A stretch of 64,000 bases of DNA from Amoeboaphelidium protococcarum X5 (Eukaryota; Fungi; Aphelidiomycota), in NCBI GenBank assembly GCA_023515725.1, contig JALDTO010000155.1:965147-1029146 (forward strand), read 5' to 3'. The position numbers were made by a program, and so were the translations under genes. Of the stretch, positions 26,812 through 40,635 are shown piece after piece (positions within the stretch are counted from its first letter, which is position 1; the number at the start of each line of letters is the position of its first letter). The notes below the pieces were generated by a model, which saw only the letters and a program-made list of their open reading frames with translations, was not told the origin of the DNA and made no database searches.

Positions 26812-29800
26812 ATGCTATCGTCTCAGTCAGCTGGAATTAATAGTCAAAATATGCAACATTCAGTGGCTTAATTATTTTAGCTTAGTATATCACCGTAGAA
26901 TCAGGAGAGAATTTAGGCGGAGATTCAGTTGAAAGAATGCTCTTAGTAATCTGGATTTCCATCCCAAGTCTTGTAGTTGATATCTTAGAGTGACTTGGAT
27001 TTTGGGACGCGTTAGTCGGCTGCTGTCTGGTTCAAAAATTGGGTGAAGAAATGCTGGGATTTGGCTGGGGATTAGCCAGGTTAGTTTGATAATGACAAGT
27101 AGATTATCAAGGAGTCCTTATTGAATGTGATTGTTCAGTCTCCTCCTCAGATGCAAAGTTAATTGTGTCAGGCTCTTGGCTTTATTGTGGAGGAAGATTA
27201 TCCCGAGAAGTATGATGTTCTATTGCATCAGGCTGGCAGTTTATTGATGAATAATGCATCGGATTAGCGATGTGTTCACGCGGCTCTTCTTGCCATTCAA
27301 TAGATTGCTCGCAAATATCGCTGGTGTAGTAAGGAGAAGCGTTTCCCTTTGAACTAGCTGGTTAAGACTGCATTCTAGCCTTTGCTGTAATTGGCACAAT
27401 AGCTAGTTGGCCAGTAGAGTACCGAAGCGGCTGTCATGCTAAAGATTGTGCTCAAGACTTATTTCATGGCAATTTAGTATGATTATCCAAAGGCATTACA
27501 AGAAGATCAATCCATTTCTTAGTGGCTCACTTTATTCATTACCGTGATTGATAAGTAAATTCCACCACCTGGCAGTAATGATAAAGAAGATTTGAGACAG
27601 TATCCTTGGTTCAAGGCTCAGAAATGGGCGTATCATTGTATATCAAAGATCTACTCTAGGTATTGTAATGTCATGCCTTCATCGCATACTGATAACAAGG
27701 CGTATCGCGCTTTTAGCAAAAGATTGATGGAGAAGTATGTACCTGGGATGATACAGGCTGTTATCAAGCAAGCCTTTGCAATGACCCCTCATTTCAATGT
27801 TCCTGATCGAATTCTGTTTTTGGTGCTCAATCTACTGGCTGATTGCATAAAACCAGCAACAACGTGGAATATTCTCAAAGACAGCGTGGATCGTCTGATG
27901 ACTGAATTTGTTTTCCCTCAGACGTGCTTTAAATCCTCAGACGCTGAGCTACTTGAAGACGAGCCTGTGGAATTTATCACCAAAAAGCTTGATGCCATGG
28001 AGGATTATAATAATCCATCTAATGCTGCGGTGTAGTTCATTGCCAGTCTATGCAAAGACCGCAAACAGATCTTCCCATCCGTTTTGCAATTTATCAATCA
28101 TATTCTAAGTAACTAGGCTGGTGCATCCCAACAGATTTATGGTGCGTTGGCAATACTTGCGGCGTTGAACAAGCTATTACTGACAAAAAAGTCGCCTGTA
28201 CCTGCTGATTAGTTGTCCCAAGTATTGTCTTCTTTTGTTGTTCCCCTACTGGAGTCTAATGAGGTTCATTTGAAGCTACAGGCGGCGTCAGTGCTTAGAG
28301 ATTTTGCAGAGGTGGATCAGAATGAAGTGCTTAAGATTGTGGCACCTGGTTAGAGCGAGTTGAGTGGTTGGTTCTTGATCCTACAAAAGTCTGTACATTT
28401 GATGGATCAACAGTAGGCTTTGCCGGTACGTGTTTGTGCGTCCCTCCTCATGGGAATGACTATTGAGCGCGGGGATGTACGTGACCACGCCGCGCAATTT
28501 GTGGGACACATCATGCAATCCTTACTGTAGCTGACTAACGAGGTTGATCTTGAGGTGCTGACTGCCATTCTTGAGAGATTGGTGGAGATTTATCCTGAAC
28601 AGGTGACTCCGTTCTCTGTTCAACTGTGCCAATAGCTGTCTTAAACTTTTATCCGTATGATGGAAGAGACGATGCAAGAACGTGAGGCATCAGCTGGCAA
28701 AGAGGACGATGATAAGGATTTCCTGACTGATATGTTCTCTGAGCGTGTGATGGCAGCTATGGGTGTACTTAAGACCATCTCCACCCTGGTACTATCTGTT
28801 CAGATTAAGCAGGAAGATGCGCAATTGCATGAAAAGTAGTTGTAGCTACTGAACAGCCTGGAGCTGGCATGTATTCCATGTCTGGCATTTGTTTTGCAAA
28901 AGGAGGTTGTGGAAATGTATGATGACGCGTTTGAACTGTTCGACTCTCTGCAGTATTAGCAGAAATCGATATCGTAGAATTTGTGGTAGTTATTTGATGG
29001 TGTGGTTGGTGTTTTGAAACTCTCTGGCTCAGATTTTAGTGAAGAGATCTATCCAGTGTTGGACAATTACGTATCGTATGGTAGTAGTGTTGTGATGTCC
29101 CATCCTCAGCTACAGGAGCAATTGGTAGATTTGGGTCAATTTATGATCACTCAACTAGATATGGAAGATGAACGTGTGCATGGCTTTAGACTATTCGAGT
29201 CTTTGTTGATGCATTGTCGCGGTGCTCTGGACCGTTTTGTGCCTTAAATCCTGTAGTTGTCATTCCAACAATTGAGCAATCCTTGCGGACTAGCTTATAA
29301 GATTCACGCATTGGAAGGTGTAGTCAACTGCTTGTGGTATAATCCGCAGTTGACTACACAATTATTGGCTCAAGAGAATCAGGTGGAAAATTTCTTGCAG
29401 TTGTGGATCCAGATGGGCGGTAAACTGACGCGTGTTCATGATAAGAAGCTCACCATCATGTCTTTGTTGGAGTGCTTGAATAACCCGGTCAGCTGTCAAG
29501 TGTTGTGCTCTAACGCATAGATATCTAGCTAGTTGATGAAGTTGTTGTTGTAGTGCTTCAAGACTTTGCCAGAGGCTTTGAAATTAAGACAATAACTGGA
29601 GGATGAGTTTGTGAATGACGGCGGATATGACTAAGATTATTCGGAAGGTGACGATGACGAAGATGATGAGGATGATGCAGATTTCCATCCTTAATCAGAA
29701 TATGTTGACTTTGATGAAGATGGCGATGTGGATGACGAGGATGGATCGAATTACCTTTAGTACTTAGCACAGAAACAAGCTGGTGATAACGATCTTGATG

Positions 29801-30033
29801 ATTTGGATGAGGATTGGAGCTAGTAGCTGGGTGAAGACGCGTTCTTTTCTACCCCTCTGGATGATGTGAATGTGCATGAGAAGTTTAAGAATACCATGCT
29901 CACTCTATCATCATCATAATCTGGTTAGTAGTAATAGTACTATGCAGCAATGACTTCCGCTCTCACCGCTGAAGAGTAGTAGCTGGCTCAACAGATCATC
30001 AACATTGCAAACGGAGTAGAACAGCAATCGTGA
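26812..30033 (+). CDS. NMD5: Importin-7/8-like karyopherin (Nmd5/Sxm1)
   Basis: IBN_N (AEIQLKE...RQSAAVWFKN), YPWFKAQKWA, EDEPVEFI, RVHDKKL, acidic tail, FSTPLD; about 1073 aa. Confidence 0.9.
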
Positions 30034-30202
30034 CATTTTTAAAAAGAGAAATAAATATATATTTTAAAAGATAAATTTCAATCGAGTATTTTTTAAATCG
30101 ATTGTAATGAGTTTAAAAACTTGTTTTGAGTTCCGATTGCCATACCTTTTTACTGAGGAGTTGATCATTTATACCGCATTACAGCTAAAAGAAGAAGGCT
30201 TA

Positions 30203-31257
30203 ATGATACCGCAACAAATATTGGGAAATTCCGCTAGAAGACTAATGAGCTCATCAGCTAAAGTTCCAGCGCTGGTATCTACTTAGTGGTGCAAGTCAAA
30301 TTTAACCAAGATCATCCCTGTGGATGCAACATGGAGAATGCCAATGGTGCAGGCGCCTTCAGCCTTTCAAGACTATTTGGATTGCCACTTGCCTGTAATC
30401 TGTTATTTCAACGATTGTTATATACCCGATTATGCACGTTTCACGTGATCTATATGTATGTGTGTGTAGAATGCAAGATTCTTCGACGTGGAAGAGGTGA
30501 GTGACCATAACAATCCGCTGCCTCATATGCTCCCACCTGCTGACCAGTTTAGCGAAGAAATGTCTCAACTTGGTATTGGAAATGATGATCATGTAGTTTT
30601 ATATGATAATTCTGGAGTGTTCAGTTCATACAGAGTATATTGGACCTTTAAAGTATTCGGCCACGAGCGTGTATCTATTCTTGATGGTGGTATACTGAAG
30701 TGGCTGAAAGATGGCGGTCAGGCGGAAAGTAGTGTCGATGAGCCACAGTATACACGCACTCAGTATAAGGCAACGTTCAATCCTCAATTAGTCAAAGATT
30801 ACTCGCAGATTGCCGCCATGATCAAAGATGGACGCGAGGGGAAGCAGAAGATTCAGCTGCTTGATGCCAGAGCCTAAGCGCGGTTCAACGGAGATGTTGT
30901 AGAACCTAGACCTGGTATGAAGAGTGGACATATCCCACTATCCAAGAATTTACCATACATTGAACTGTTCAATGAATAAGATCGAACCTTGAAATCTGTG
31001 GAGCAACTCAACGAGTACTGGTCCAAGTTACAATTTGACAAGCGATTACCCACCACCATGACTTGCGGTATTCTATTTCATTATTTAAGCTTTTTAATAC
31101 ATTAAAGCGATGAATTAATAAGTCAAATCGTGTAGGAAGTGGCGTAACTGCTGCAGTGTTGTATGTGGCCGCTCAGCTATCCGGATTTGAAAACTTGTCT
31201 TTGTACGATGGCAGTTGGTCTGAGTGGGGCCAGAAATCTGACGACATTGAGAAATGA
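30203..31257 (+). CDS. TUM1: 3-mercaptopyruvate/thiosulfate sulfurtransferase, tandem rhodanese (3 exons)
   Basis: LVSTQW, PHMLP, VVLYD, LDGG..KW, DAR...RF.G...EPR, GHIP, CGSGVTA, LYDGSWSEW; presequence-like N-terminus. Confidence 0.92.
30395..30469 (+). other. Intron 1 (75 nt) of the sulfurtransferase
   Basis: GTAATC...TGTGTAG; contains an in-frame TGA; removal gives HLP-NARFFD. Confidence 0.85.
31068..31135 (+). other. Intron 2 (68 nt) of the sulfurtransferase
   Basis: GTATTC...CGTGTAG; removal restores the catalytic CGSGVTA. Confidence 0.88.
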
Positions 31258-31393
31258 TCTTTAAAGAACCTAATACTGTCTATCGTAAGCAATACAAGTA
31301 TCTCTTATAGTGAATCTCTAAACTTAATCTTTATTCGATTACATTCTAATCATTGATGCGATACACCACCACTAATCTAATGAGTGGAATCGA

Positions 31394-32197
31394 TCAAGAG
31401 GAAAATGCAATTTGATAAATGGCACTACCAATACCAGCGAAAGCACCTAATACACCGCCAGTTCTCAGAGCCACAGGCATACCAGAAGAGCTTTTGTATA
31501 AAACACCAGCCACGACTCCACTGATGGTATTATTCAAGATTTGCGCGTTTCCACCTTCACCGAATAGCATCTTACCTAGCAAATGCTCACTCATAGTGAA
31601 CATCAGAGTCAGAACACCAGCCTGATTTCCAAGCTGCGGTCCACGTCGCGTTACGCAATTCAGTACCGTGTTCAACTTGAGCTTACTGGACATTGGTGGT
31701 GATGCAGCAGATGAAGCAGATTGAGCCATTGTGGCAGACGCGATACCTCCAACATTCTAGCCGCCATTCTTTAGCAATTACTTGACGCCTTCATATGCGC
31801 CCCATGCACCACCTGCAGTGAGACCGACCCCATACAGAGTACCAGTGTTATAACAAAGCTTCTCATTGAATCCTCGCTCACCGCGCTTCTTGTGCTCATC
31901 CATGAATAGATAATCCACGCCACCGTAACTACTCACTGGAGTCATTGCAGTGTTTGGCGAAGATATTCCAGATACTCCCTATGCTGATGATGATGATTAT
32001 CCGACGCGATTAGCATTTGCCAGCACCGATGATATGGTGTACGGTGTATACTCCTAATCATAATCTTTCTGTTCATTAGATCCGTACGAGCTTTCATCAG
32101 GCTAATACTCTGGCACTTTCATTTCCATGAAATCTCCACTATCTTCATCGCCCAGGTGAGCGGTGTCGTATTTATCCTAGCTATCATTTGAATTCAT
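31394..32197 (-). CDS. TIM23: Mitochondrial inner-membrane translocase Tim23
   Basis: DYLF, LCYNTGTLY..GL..GGAWG..EG, KLKLNTVLNCVTRRGP.LGN.AG, LYKSSSG. Confidence 0.9.
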
Positions 32198-32507
32198 ATT
32201 TAAATAATCTGCAGACATTTGACGTGTTTTGCTATTACCACTAGGAATATGAGGTGTTTCCGTAATCTATCGCGCGCGCTCTGAAAAGAATGAAAATTTC
32301 TTGATGATGATAAAAAGGGAAATCCAAGAGAGAGAGAAGTTTGCGAACGTTTACCGCGTCCTAAAGGACTTTTTCTTTCAATTCTCATCAAAGGCTGGCC
32401 GATCCTGCAATTTTTCGGCTGTCAGGGCGGTGAACACTTTATTTCAAATTCTGTAAATTGATCAACATATAGTGAAATTATAAAACGCGGCGTACTTAAA
32501 AAGACGA

Positions 32508-33722
32508 ATGATGAGTGGTAGTGATGAGTAGGATATGGACGCCTTGCTTGAAAATGCATTGAATGAATTCTAGAGTGAGCAGCAGAAGGTTGACTCGCAT
32601 CTTTCGGAGAATGCTGAAGTTCAGGCTGATGTTCAGAGTGCCGATTAAGCCAGTGCCAATCTTAAGAGTGATTAAGCTGATGCGTTTATGGCTAAAATAT
32701 TAGAGTAAATGCACTTATTGAGCGGCTAAAGCGGATAGGACCGTCTGGACATGGAAACGCTAATCTCAACTCAGATGGAGGAGTATTTGAACAAGTACTC
32801 TGATGCATTTGGTGCCTCTGATGGTCAATCTCCCGCGGATATTAACAAATTGATTGAATAAGATCTGTCTCCAGAGGAAGCGGCGGCTGTTGAGAAACTT
32901 ACTCAGGAACTTGTTGAGGAGTTTAATCAAATCTCTCACAGCTAATCATAATCTAAGCGGAGAAAGTCCAAGAACGCGTAAAAGTCTTCAACCAAGTAGA
33001 CGGTCAAGGAGTAGAGTGTCAAAGCTTCTTAGAATGCTTAAAGCTAGCCATCATCTTCATCATTTAGTTCAAAAGTTGAGGAGACTATGGAACGATTGAA
33101 GTAATCATCTCAAAAGGTTGAAGCGGATGTGACTTCCAATCTTAAATAGTCCAGTAACGGTTTGGGTGGATTAAGTGAAGACGCGTTAATGGCAGAGATG
33201 ATGAAGTAGTTCACGTAGTCGCAGTCTGTGGGTGGTGGAGACGGAGATGATGCGACTGCTGGCCTAGGTGATGGATCACTTGAAGGCTTAGACGGCGCAT
33301 TCAATGACATTGTATCTTCCATGATGGACACTTTGATGAGCAAGGAAGTTTTATATGATCCTTTGAAGGAGCTGGCCAACAAGTATCCATCCTACCTACA
33401 GGAAAATAAAGAAAAAATCCCCGCTAATGATTATCAGAGATATGAAAAGTAAATGAAGTGTTGTGTGAACATTGTGCAAGAGTATGAAAAGACAAAGTAC
33501 AATCAGGAGCGAATAGCGCAATTGATGAATGAGATGCAAGAATGCGGCTCTCCGCCGGCGGATTTATTAAAGGAACTTGCACCAGATATTGAACTGGATG
33601 CAGACGGTATGCCAAAGCTGCCTAATGACGCGTCTGCCGCTGGTTCTGCCGAAGGATTGTAGTTCTTGTAGAGTTTAGGCGGTGGTGGTTCCGGTGAGGA
33701 GCAGAAATGTCCCGTAATGTGA
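32508..33722 (+). CDS. PEX19: Peroxisomal import receptor Pex19
   Basis: N-terminal DMDALLENALNEF, LMSKEVLYDPLKEL..KYP, MQECGSPP, C-terminal CaaX CPVM directly before TGA. Confidence 0.93.
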
Positions 33723-33977
33723 TATTTAAATATTTGCAACATATTATTACCTAATTATTGAAGCCGTAATTTTCTAATACTTTAAATCAGAGTTTCTTAA
33801 TTTAGTTACATCTTGCTTAAGTAATTCGGATCCTATTTTCAGTGCCGTGTTTCCGATTCAGGCCGATCTGTATCCTGAAATAGATTCATGAGGCAGTATT
33901 TAAAGTGATTCAGGCCTACTTTAACTCTCTTCTTCACTTCAAACAACAATATCGAAAATAATCGAAACAAAATAAAG

Positions 33978-34616
33978 ATGAAATACCAACTACTTACCGC
34001 TGCGTTCGCAATGCTAGCTATGGCTTAGAAAGCCGCTGTTGGTGATTTTGCCTTTGAGAATCCCCCAAGAGCTACTCTAGTCACCAAAGTGCCAGTTATC
34101 AGAGCCGGCTCAACGTTTCATATCAAGTGGCGCACTGATCCAGTCAGATTGGGAAATCCTGAAACTATTACTCTTGAGTATCGCGTCGGCGTGTATCCAA
34201 ATCAGTCTGATTTCATGGCATTGATTACTAACGTTCCCAACTAGAATTCATATGACTGGTAAGTGCCTGCCGATACTGCTGAAAATATCTTCATGTTCAG
34301 AATTAGCTCAACTCAAACCAATCCTCTGATCCGTGCTCGTATCAGTTCCCCTATTAGAATTATCCCTGCCAATGCAACTGGTGTTTCAGACCTCAATCCT
34401 ATTGTTTATGATGATCCGTCAATGGCTGATGGTGGTGATTAGGTACCATTGGACGGTTAGAGTGGTGGTGAGTAGTAACCACTGAATGATAAGAATAACA
34501 TAAATAACACCAGTTCTACTGAAGATAAAGGCACTGCAAACTCGGCTGTCGATGGTATCTCTCAAAATGTTCTGAGCGTGGTGTTAGTTGGTTTCGCGTC
34601 TCTAATTCTCGCTTGA
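33978..34616 (+). CDS. Putative GPI-anchored surface protein with Kre9/KNH-like N-terminal Ig-like domain
   Basis: Signal peptide MKYQLLTAAFAMLAMA, AGSTFHIKW...N.NSYDW.VP, polar linker, NSA plus hydrophobic C-terminus VLSVVLVGFASLILA*. Confidence 0.75.
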
Positions 34617-35207
34617 AGTTTCAACTGAAGAACGCGGTGTGTGGTTTCTCTCATGGATGATATACAAATAAGTACAATGAATTTTCAAAAATAAATGAAC
34701 AACAATAAATAAATTTAAAAGAATTTCAATCATAATCCTAATGCCTTACCATGACTTATCGATTTCAAACTAAAAAGAATCGACAGCCTTCTTTTAGTGT
34801 CAAACTTTGGCCACCATGCAAATGCAAAAGGTAGATTTACTGAGTAAGCCACGAGTCAATAAGCTAATAGTAAAACGTAGTTTATTTAATTAATTGATTA
34901 TGTAAGCTTGCTCAGTGTGTTTCAGATAAGAAGAGCTTCAAGTCAGTGACTAAATTACGTCATCGTACAGGATGTAACGGCCTTCCCGATGGCCGGCTAA
35001 AGTAAATCGGAAATTCACGCCCGGCCTGAAAGCTTCAGAAATAGATCGGCTTTCCTCTTTTTCCCTCTTCTGTTACCAAGGAGGATTTATATTTATCCAT
35101 TGCACATCGATCTCATCCTTGTTTTCATCCTCTCTAACATATTCTGTTTGTAACTCTTTAGTGGTTTAATTGTATATATTCATCTTTCCGTATTGAAACA
35201 ACTAGTT

Positions 35208-38200
35208 ATGGCTGATCAAGTTGAAACCGCTGTTGCTGCTGAGAATGCTGCTCTGCATGAACAAGCTGAATAGGCAGCACCTGTAGGGGAGCAGTCTGAT
35301 ACAAAGGTGGATGATGCCACTACTGGTAAGGATAAGTCGTCTACGTCTCCGGATTCAGCTGCTAAAGATACAAGTATGATTTCGTATATTGGGCTATTCA
35401 GGTATGCTGATACTCTGGACAAGTTTTTGATATTCGGTGGCTCTCTGTCTGGTGTTGCGTATGGTGTCATCTAACCATTGATCAGTGTCTTTTTGGGTGG
35501 TGTTGTCAATGCTCTGCTTGAATATGCGCAGGTCAAGTATTTGGTGAGTATCGGTGTCCCTGTGCCTTAGCAGTAAATTGATGATTCCAGCTCTAAGGCT
35601 AGATCTGAGATTGTGTACAATGTTTTGCTGTTCATCTATGTATCCATTGGAGCGCTGGTGTCTGTTTATTGTATGTAAGCCTGCTGGGTGGTCGCCGGTT
35701 AAAGATAAGCTAATCGTGTCAGACGTCTGTTCTTGAAATCTATTCTGTCGCAGGATGTTTAATTCTTTGATGAGCACGAGGTTGGAGAGCTGACTACACG
35801 TCTAAGTTCAGATACCACTCTGTTTTAGGAAGGTATCAGTGAGAAGTGGGCTCTTGTATTTGCATATGGTACAACATTCTTTGCTGGCTTTATCATTGCT
35901 TTCATCAAGAGTTGGCGATTGACTTTAGTTCTTGTCGCCGCATTGCCATTAATTCTTGCCTCTGGTGGCTTTGTTGGTATTGCAATCTCGGATGGTATCA
36001 AGAACTCACAGGAGTCCTATGCAAAAGCTGGTGCTGTGGCCTAAGAAACTTTGACTAACATCAGAACAGTTACCGCGTTCAATGCCTAGGAGAGATCTAT
36101 TAAGAAATTTAGCTCCATGTTGGATATTGCTCTGAAAACAGGTGTTACCAAATCTTGGAAGACAGGTGTTGGTTTTGGTCTGTTCTTTGGTATGTTGTTT
36201 GGTATCTACTCTCTTGCTTTCTGGTACGGCAGTATTCTAGTTGAATAAGGTCAGATCTAAGGTGGTGATGTGCTGAATGTTTTGTTCGCAGTTATCATTG
36301 GTGCTTTTTCGGTGATCAACATTGGTCCGGCGCTATAGGCTATTAACAAAGGTCGCGGTGTTGCGACAAAGCTGTTCGAAGTGATTGAATCCAAGCCATC
36401 TATTCGAAATTCTGACGATGTCGGTTAATTAACTGGTAAAGAGCCTCAGTAGATTAAGGGTGAGATTGAGTTTAAATCTGTCACATTTAGCTATCCTTCA
36501 AGAAAGAACCAGGTGGTGTTGAAAGATTACAGCTTGAAGGTTGATGCTGGTAAGACTGTCGCTCTGGTTGGCTTTAGTGGCTCCGGTAAGAGTACCATCA
36601 TCCAGTTGCTCGAGAGATTTTACGACGTATTTGAGGGAGGTGTCTATGTTGATGGTGTTAATGTCAAGGACTTGAATCTCTCTTGGTTGCGTAATAATAT
36701 TGCTCTCGTGTCTCAAGAGCCAATCCTGTTCGATTTGACCATTGAAGAGAATGTCCGTCTAGGTGCATTGAAGGACTAGAAAATCAGTGAAGAGGATGTA
36801 ATATCTGCATGTAAGTCTGCTAATTGTCACGATTTTATCATGAAGTTGCCTTAGAAGTATTAGACTCGTGTCGGTGAGAAAGGGTCTCTTCTCAGTGGTG
36901 GCTAGAGACAGAGAATCTGTATTGCGAGAAGTATCATTAAGAAGCCAAAGATTTTGTTGGCTGATGAAGCCACCTCTGCCCTGGATACGGAGAGTGAGCG
37001 TATTATTCAGGCTGCTCTGGAAAAAGTGTCTGAACACTGTACCACCATCATTATTGCTCACAGATTAAGCACTATCAAGAATGCTGATCAGATCGTGGTC
37101 ATGGAATCTGGCAAGATTGTGGAGACTGGTACTCACAACGATCTGATTTAGTCTGACGGCAAGTACGCTGCTCTTGTTAAAGCTTAAGAGTTGAAGACTA
37201 AAAAGGGTGACCGTGCTACTGCTGAAAACGATTAGGATGTGATTGTTGCAGAGGGTTCTGTAGCAGCTCAATAAGGCGATGCTGTAATTGCTATTGAGCA
37301 ACAAGACGGCAGTAAAGGCGCGGATGTTGTAAAGGAGCTCACAGATGAAGAGAAAGAGAAAAAGGAGATTGCCAAGGTATTGAAGGAGAACAAAACTCCA
37401 CTTTGGAGCGTTCTTAAAATGCAAAAGGACGATTGGCCGTTTGTTCTTGGAGGTATCGTATCTGCTGGTATCAACGGAGCCCTGTTGCCACTTTTCGGAC
37501 TCATCATGGGTGAAGTGCTGACAGTTTTCAGTAAGACTGGGCAAGAGCTCAGAGATGGTGCGAATCTGTGGAGTTTAGTGTTTGCATGTCTTATGGTTGC
37601 GCAGTTCTTTGCCAACTTTGGTCAGTTCGCTTGCTTTGGTATTGCTGGCGAGAGACTGACGAAGAAGGTGAGATTGATGACATTTCGCGCCATGTTGAGA
37701 CAAGAAATCGCGTTCTTTGATGACAAAATGAATGGCTCTGGTGCTTTGACTGCCAGACTGAGTGAATAAGCAGACAAAATTGCAGGTTTGACTGGCCCAA
37801 CTTTCGGTAATGTATTTCAAATGCTCGTCGCTGTTGGTGTCGCATTTGGAGCATCCTTCTACTTTTCTTGGAAAATGACACTGATTGTGACGGCGTTCAT
37901 TCCTGTGCTTATCTTTGCTAGTATTCTGGAGAATAGAGTCTCGTTCGCTGGTGGAGCTGGTGGAGAAAAAGTCAAGAAGGCCTATGCTTCTGCCAGTTAG
38001 ACTGCGTGTGAAGCGATCTAGAACATTCGTACAGTGAAGAGTTTGCTGCGCGAGGAGACGTTTGTCAATGACTATATGACTGCCATAGACATTCCGTACA
38101 AAGCTGGTCTGAAGAAGGGGTATATCGACTCTATTGGATTTGCTTTCTCTTAGGCCACTTAGTTTTGGTTATATTCGCTGACGTTCTACTTTGGGTTCCT

Positions 38201-39146
38201 GCTGGTGGAAGCAAATTAGTTGGATGCTGGACAATTGCTTAAAGTCTTGTTCACCATTATTTTTGGTGCCATTGCAATCAGTTCCACATTTACCTTTGGT
38301 CCTGACATTAGTAAGGCTAGATTTGCATCTATTCAATTCTTCCAATTGCTTGATCGTCAGCCTATTATTGATTAGTTTTCTGCTGAGGGAGACAAGATTA
38401 CTGATGTTTAAGGTGAAGTCAAGTTGCAAGATGTTGACTTTACTTATCCTGAACGTCCGGAGTAGTAGATTCTGAAGAAGGTGTCTTTGAGTATCGCGGC
38501 TGGATAGAATATTGGTATCTGTGGCAGTAGTGGGTCTGGAAAGTCAACAATCTTCCAGTTGATTGAGCGTTTCTATGATCCTCAGGCCGGTGTCGTATCT
38601 GTCGAACGCCTTGATGTTAAGAAGTGGATCATTGGAGACTTGAGACGATAGATTTCCATTGTCAGCCAGGAACCAATACTGTTCATTGGAACTATTGCTG
38701 AGAATATTGCCTATGGTAGACCGGATGCCTCCAAGGAAGAGATCATTTAGGTTGCTAAATAGGCCAACATTCACGATTTTATCTCCAGTCTACCGGATCA
38801 ATATGAGACTGAAGTTACAAATTCACAGATGAGTGGTGGTTAGAAGCAGCGTATCTGTATTGCCAGAGCGCTGCTGTGTCAACCTAAAATTCTTATTCTG
38901 GATGAGTCTACATCTGCATTGGATTCAGAATCTGAAAAGTTGGTGCAATAGGCTTTGAACGAAGCCAGTGTCGGCAGAACTTGTATTGCTATTGCTCATC
39001 GTCTATCCACTATTTAAAATTGCGATCTGATCTTGGTCATGCGTGATGGTGAGATTATCGAGAGCGGAACTCATTTTGAACTCCTAGAGCAGAATGGACT
39101 TTACGCGACTTTGGTTAATAAACAAATGCTAAATGGTTCAAACTGA
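35208..39146 (+). CDS. Full-length ABCB1/MDR P-glycoprotein-like ABC transporter
   Basis: TMD-NBD-TMD-NBD; Walker [10 protein letters not shown] and GSSGSGKST, signatures LSGGQ and MSGGQ (Q encoded by TAG), DEATSALD and DESTSALD; 1312 aa. Confidence 0.95.
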
Positions 39147-39253
39147 TCTTATAAATTGTCTAGGTGAATGAAATTCGTATATAAATGCTTTGAATTGAAT
39201 ATTTCCAGATTTCCCTTTTTATCCTCGCATTAGTTTATTCATTTCATATTGGT

Positions 39254-40399
39254 ATGGAAATTGTATTTGATATGGAACGGTAATTGTATGAACAGATAAA
39301 GAACAATCTATAGTAAGCAGAAACAATTGTATAAGATGGGGTAGATATTAAGAGAATTTTAGAGTTTATGAGAGAAGATGTTATGTCCGAAGATGGCCGG
39401 ACGGATAATCGACTACTCGCAAAGCTTGAATTGGAGCATAGGATTCCTGACTCCTCTAATAATATGTCACTGTCTGAAGACACTAAGAGAGCACCTAAAT
39501 ATATATGCACAGTTCTCAAGTATGTACTTCATTATGTCAATAAAGCAGAAGAGTTACGCGCTAACCTGTCATTAATTATTCCACCATTATTACGCGTATT
39601 GGACGATTTTCATCAAATGTCAATGGCTGAAGAGACTTTACAATTGTTTCTCAATAAAGTTATCAATTTAGGTGAAGATTCTGACTATGGAATGCTATTA
39701 TTAAAATCTATTTCACAGTGGAGACTACAGAATCTGTTAGCTGACACGGTTGTTTAACATCTAATGAGCTGTTAGAATGATGATCGTGATACTCTCAATG
39801 TACTGCTCTAAAATATCGCGTCTCTTATGCATCTTGCGAATGTTATGGATGAAAATCAACTCTATCAAGAGTCTCCGCATTAACGCAAGAAGCTTGTGGA
39901 TTTAACTTAATATTAGGATCCAAGGAGTCAATTGAATATGTTGAGGTAGAAGCTTTTTGAAGCGGTTATTGGAAAGTTGCAATACATGACGATATCAAGT
40001 GCTTAGTCAAGGTGCATGTTGATGTAACATTTTAGTGTTATAGTACGTGATCATTTAAAAGAGGATGTGCTGTACTTTATTGATGAGATTGTTCAAGTGA
40101 GTTTGGATTTCATGCTGCATGAATAGAGTAAGGCCGTGTCTATTAAACTGCTCAGTTGGCTAATTGAGACTTATCATCAGAGTATTTAGAGTAAACTGGA
40201 TTAGATTCTTATAGGTATTGCCTAGTCTATACAGGCCATTTCGGATGACAGCGACTCTCAAGAACTGCTTGAATTGTTAAAGATCCTCGTGAATAGTGCT
40301 CAGAACTAAAGCCAAGTGCATGACAATATTAGAGCTATCGGCGAGGTTCTACCAATATTAAATGGTGCACTCAAAGATGTTTCAGGTAAAGAACAATGA
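39254..40399 (+). CDS. Helical-repeat protein, possibly Tti2 (TTT complex)
   Basis: Open frame ATG to TGA, 381 aa; NLSLIIPPLLRVLDDF resembles the conserved Tti2 IPP...LDD motif. Confidence 0.55.
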
Positions 40400-40635
40400 T
40401 TATAGTACACTATTAAGTACTCTGTTGATAAAGTTTCGGGGCCAAGCCTTCCTTTTTCGTAAGCTTTTCTGATTGCGACCGTTTCAAGATTTTCCTGATT
40501 TGGATTTGAAATGAGCACCGCCAAAGTTTCTATGAAATCTATCTGAAACAACAAACATTGAATTGTCTTCTTTAATCGTAATCTTCTATAGCTTTATTAC
40601 TGATTAAAGGGGAAATTAGAAAGAAATATAATAGT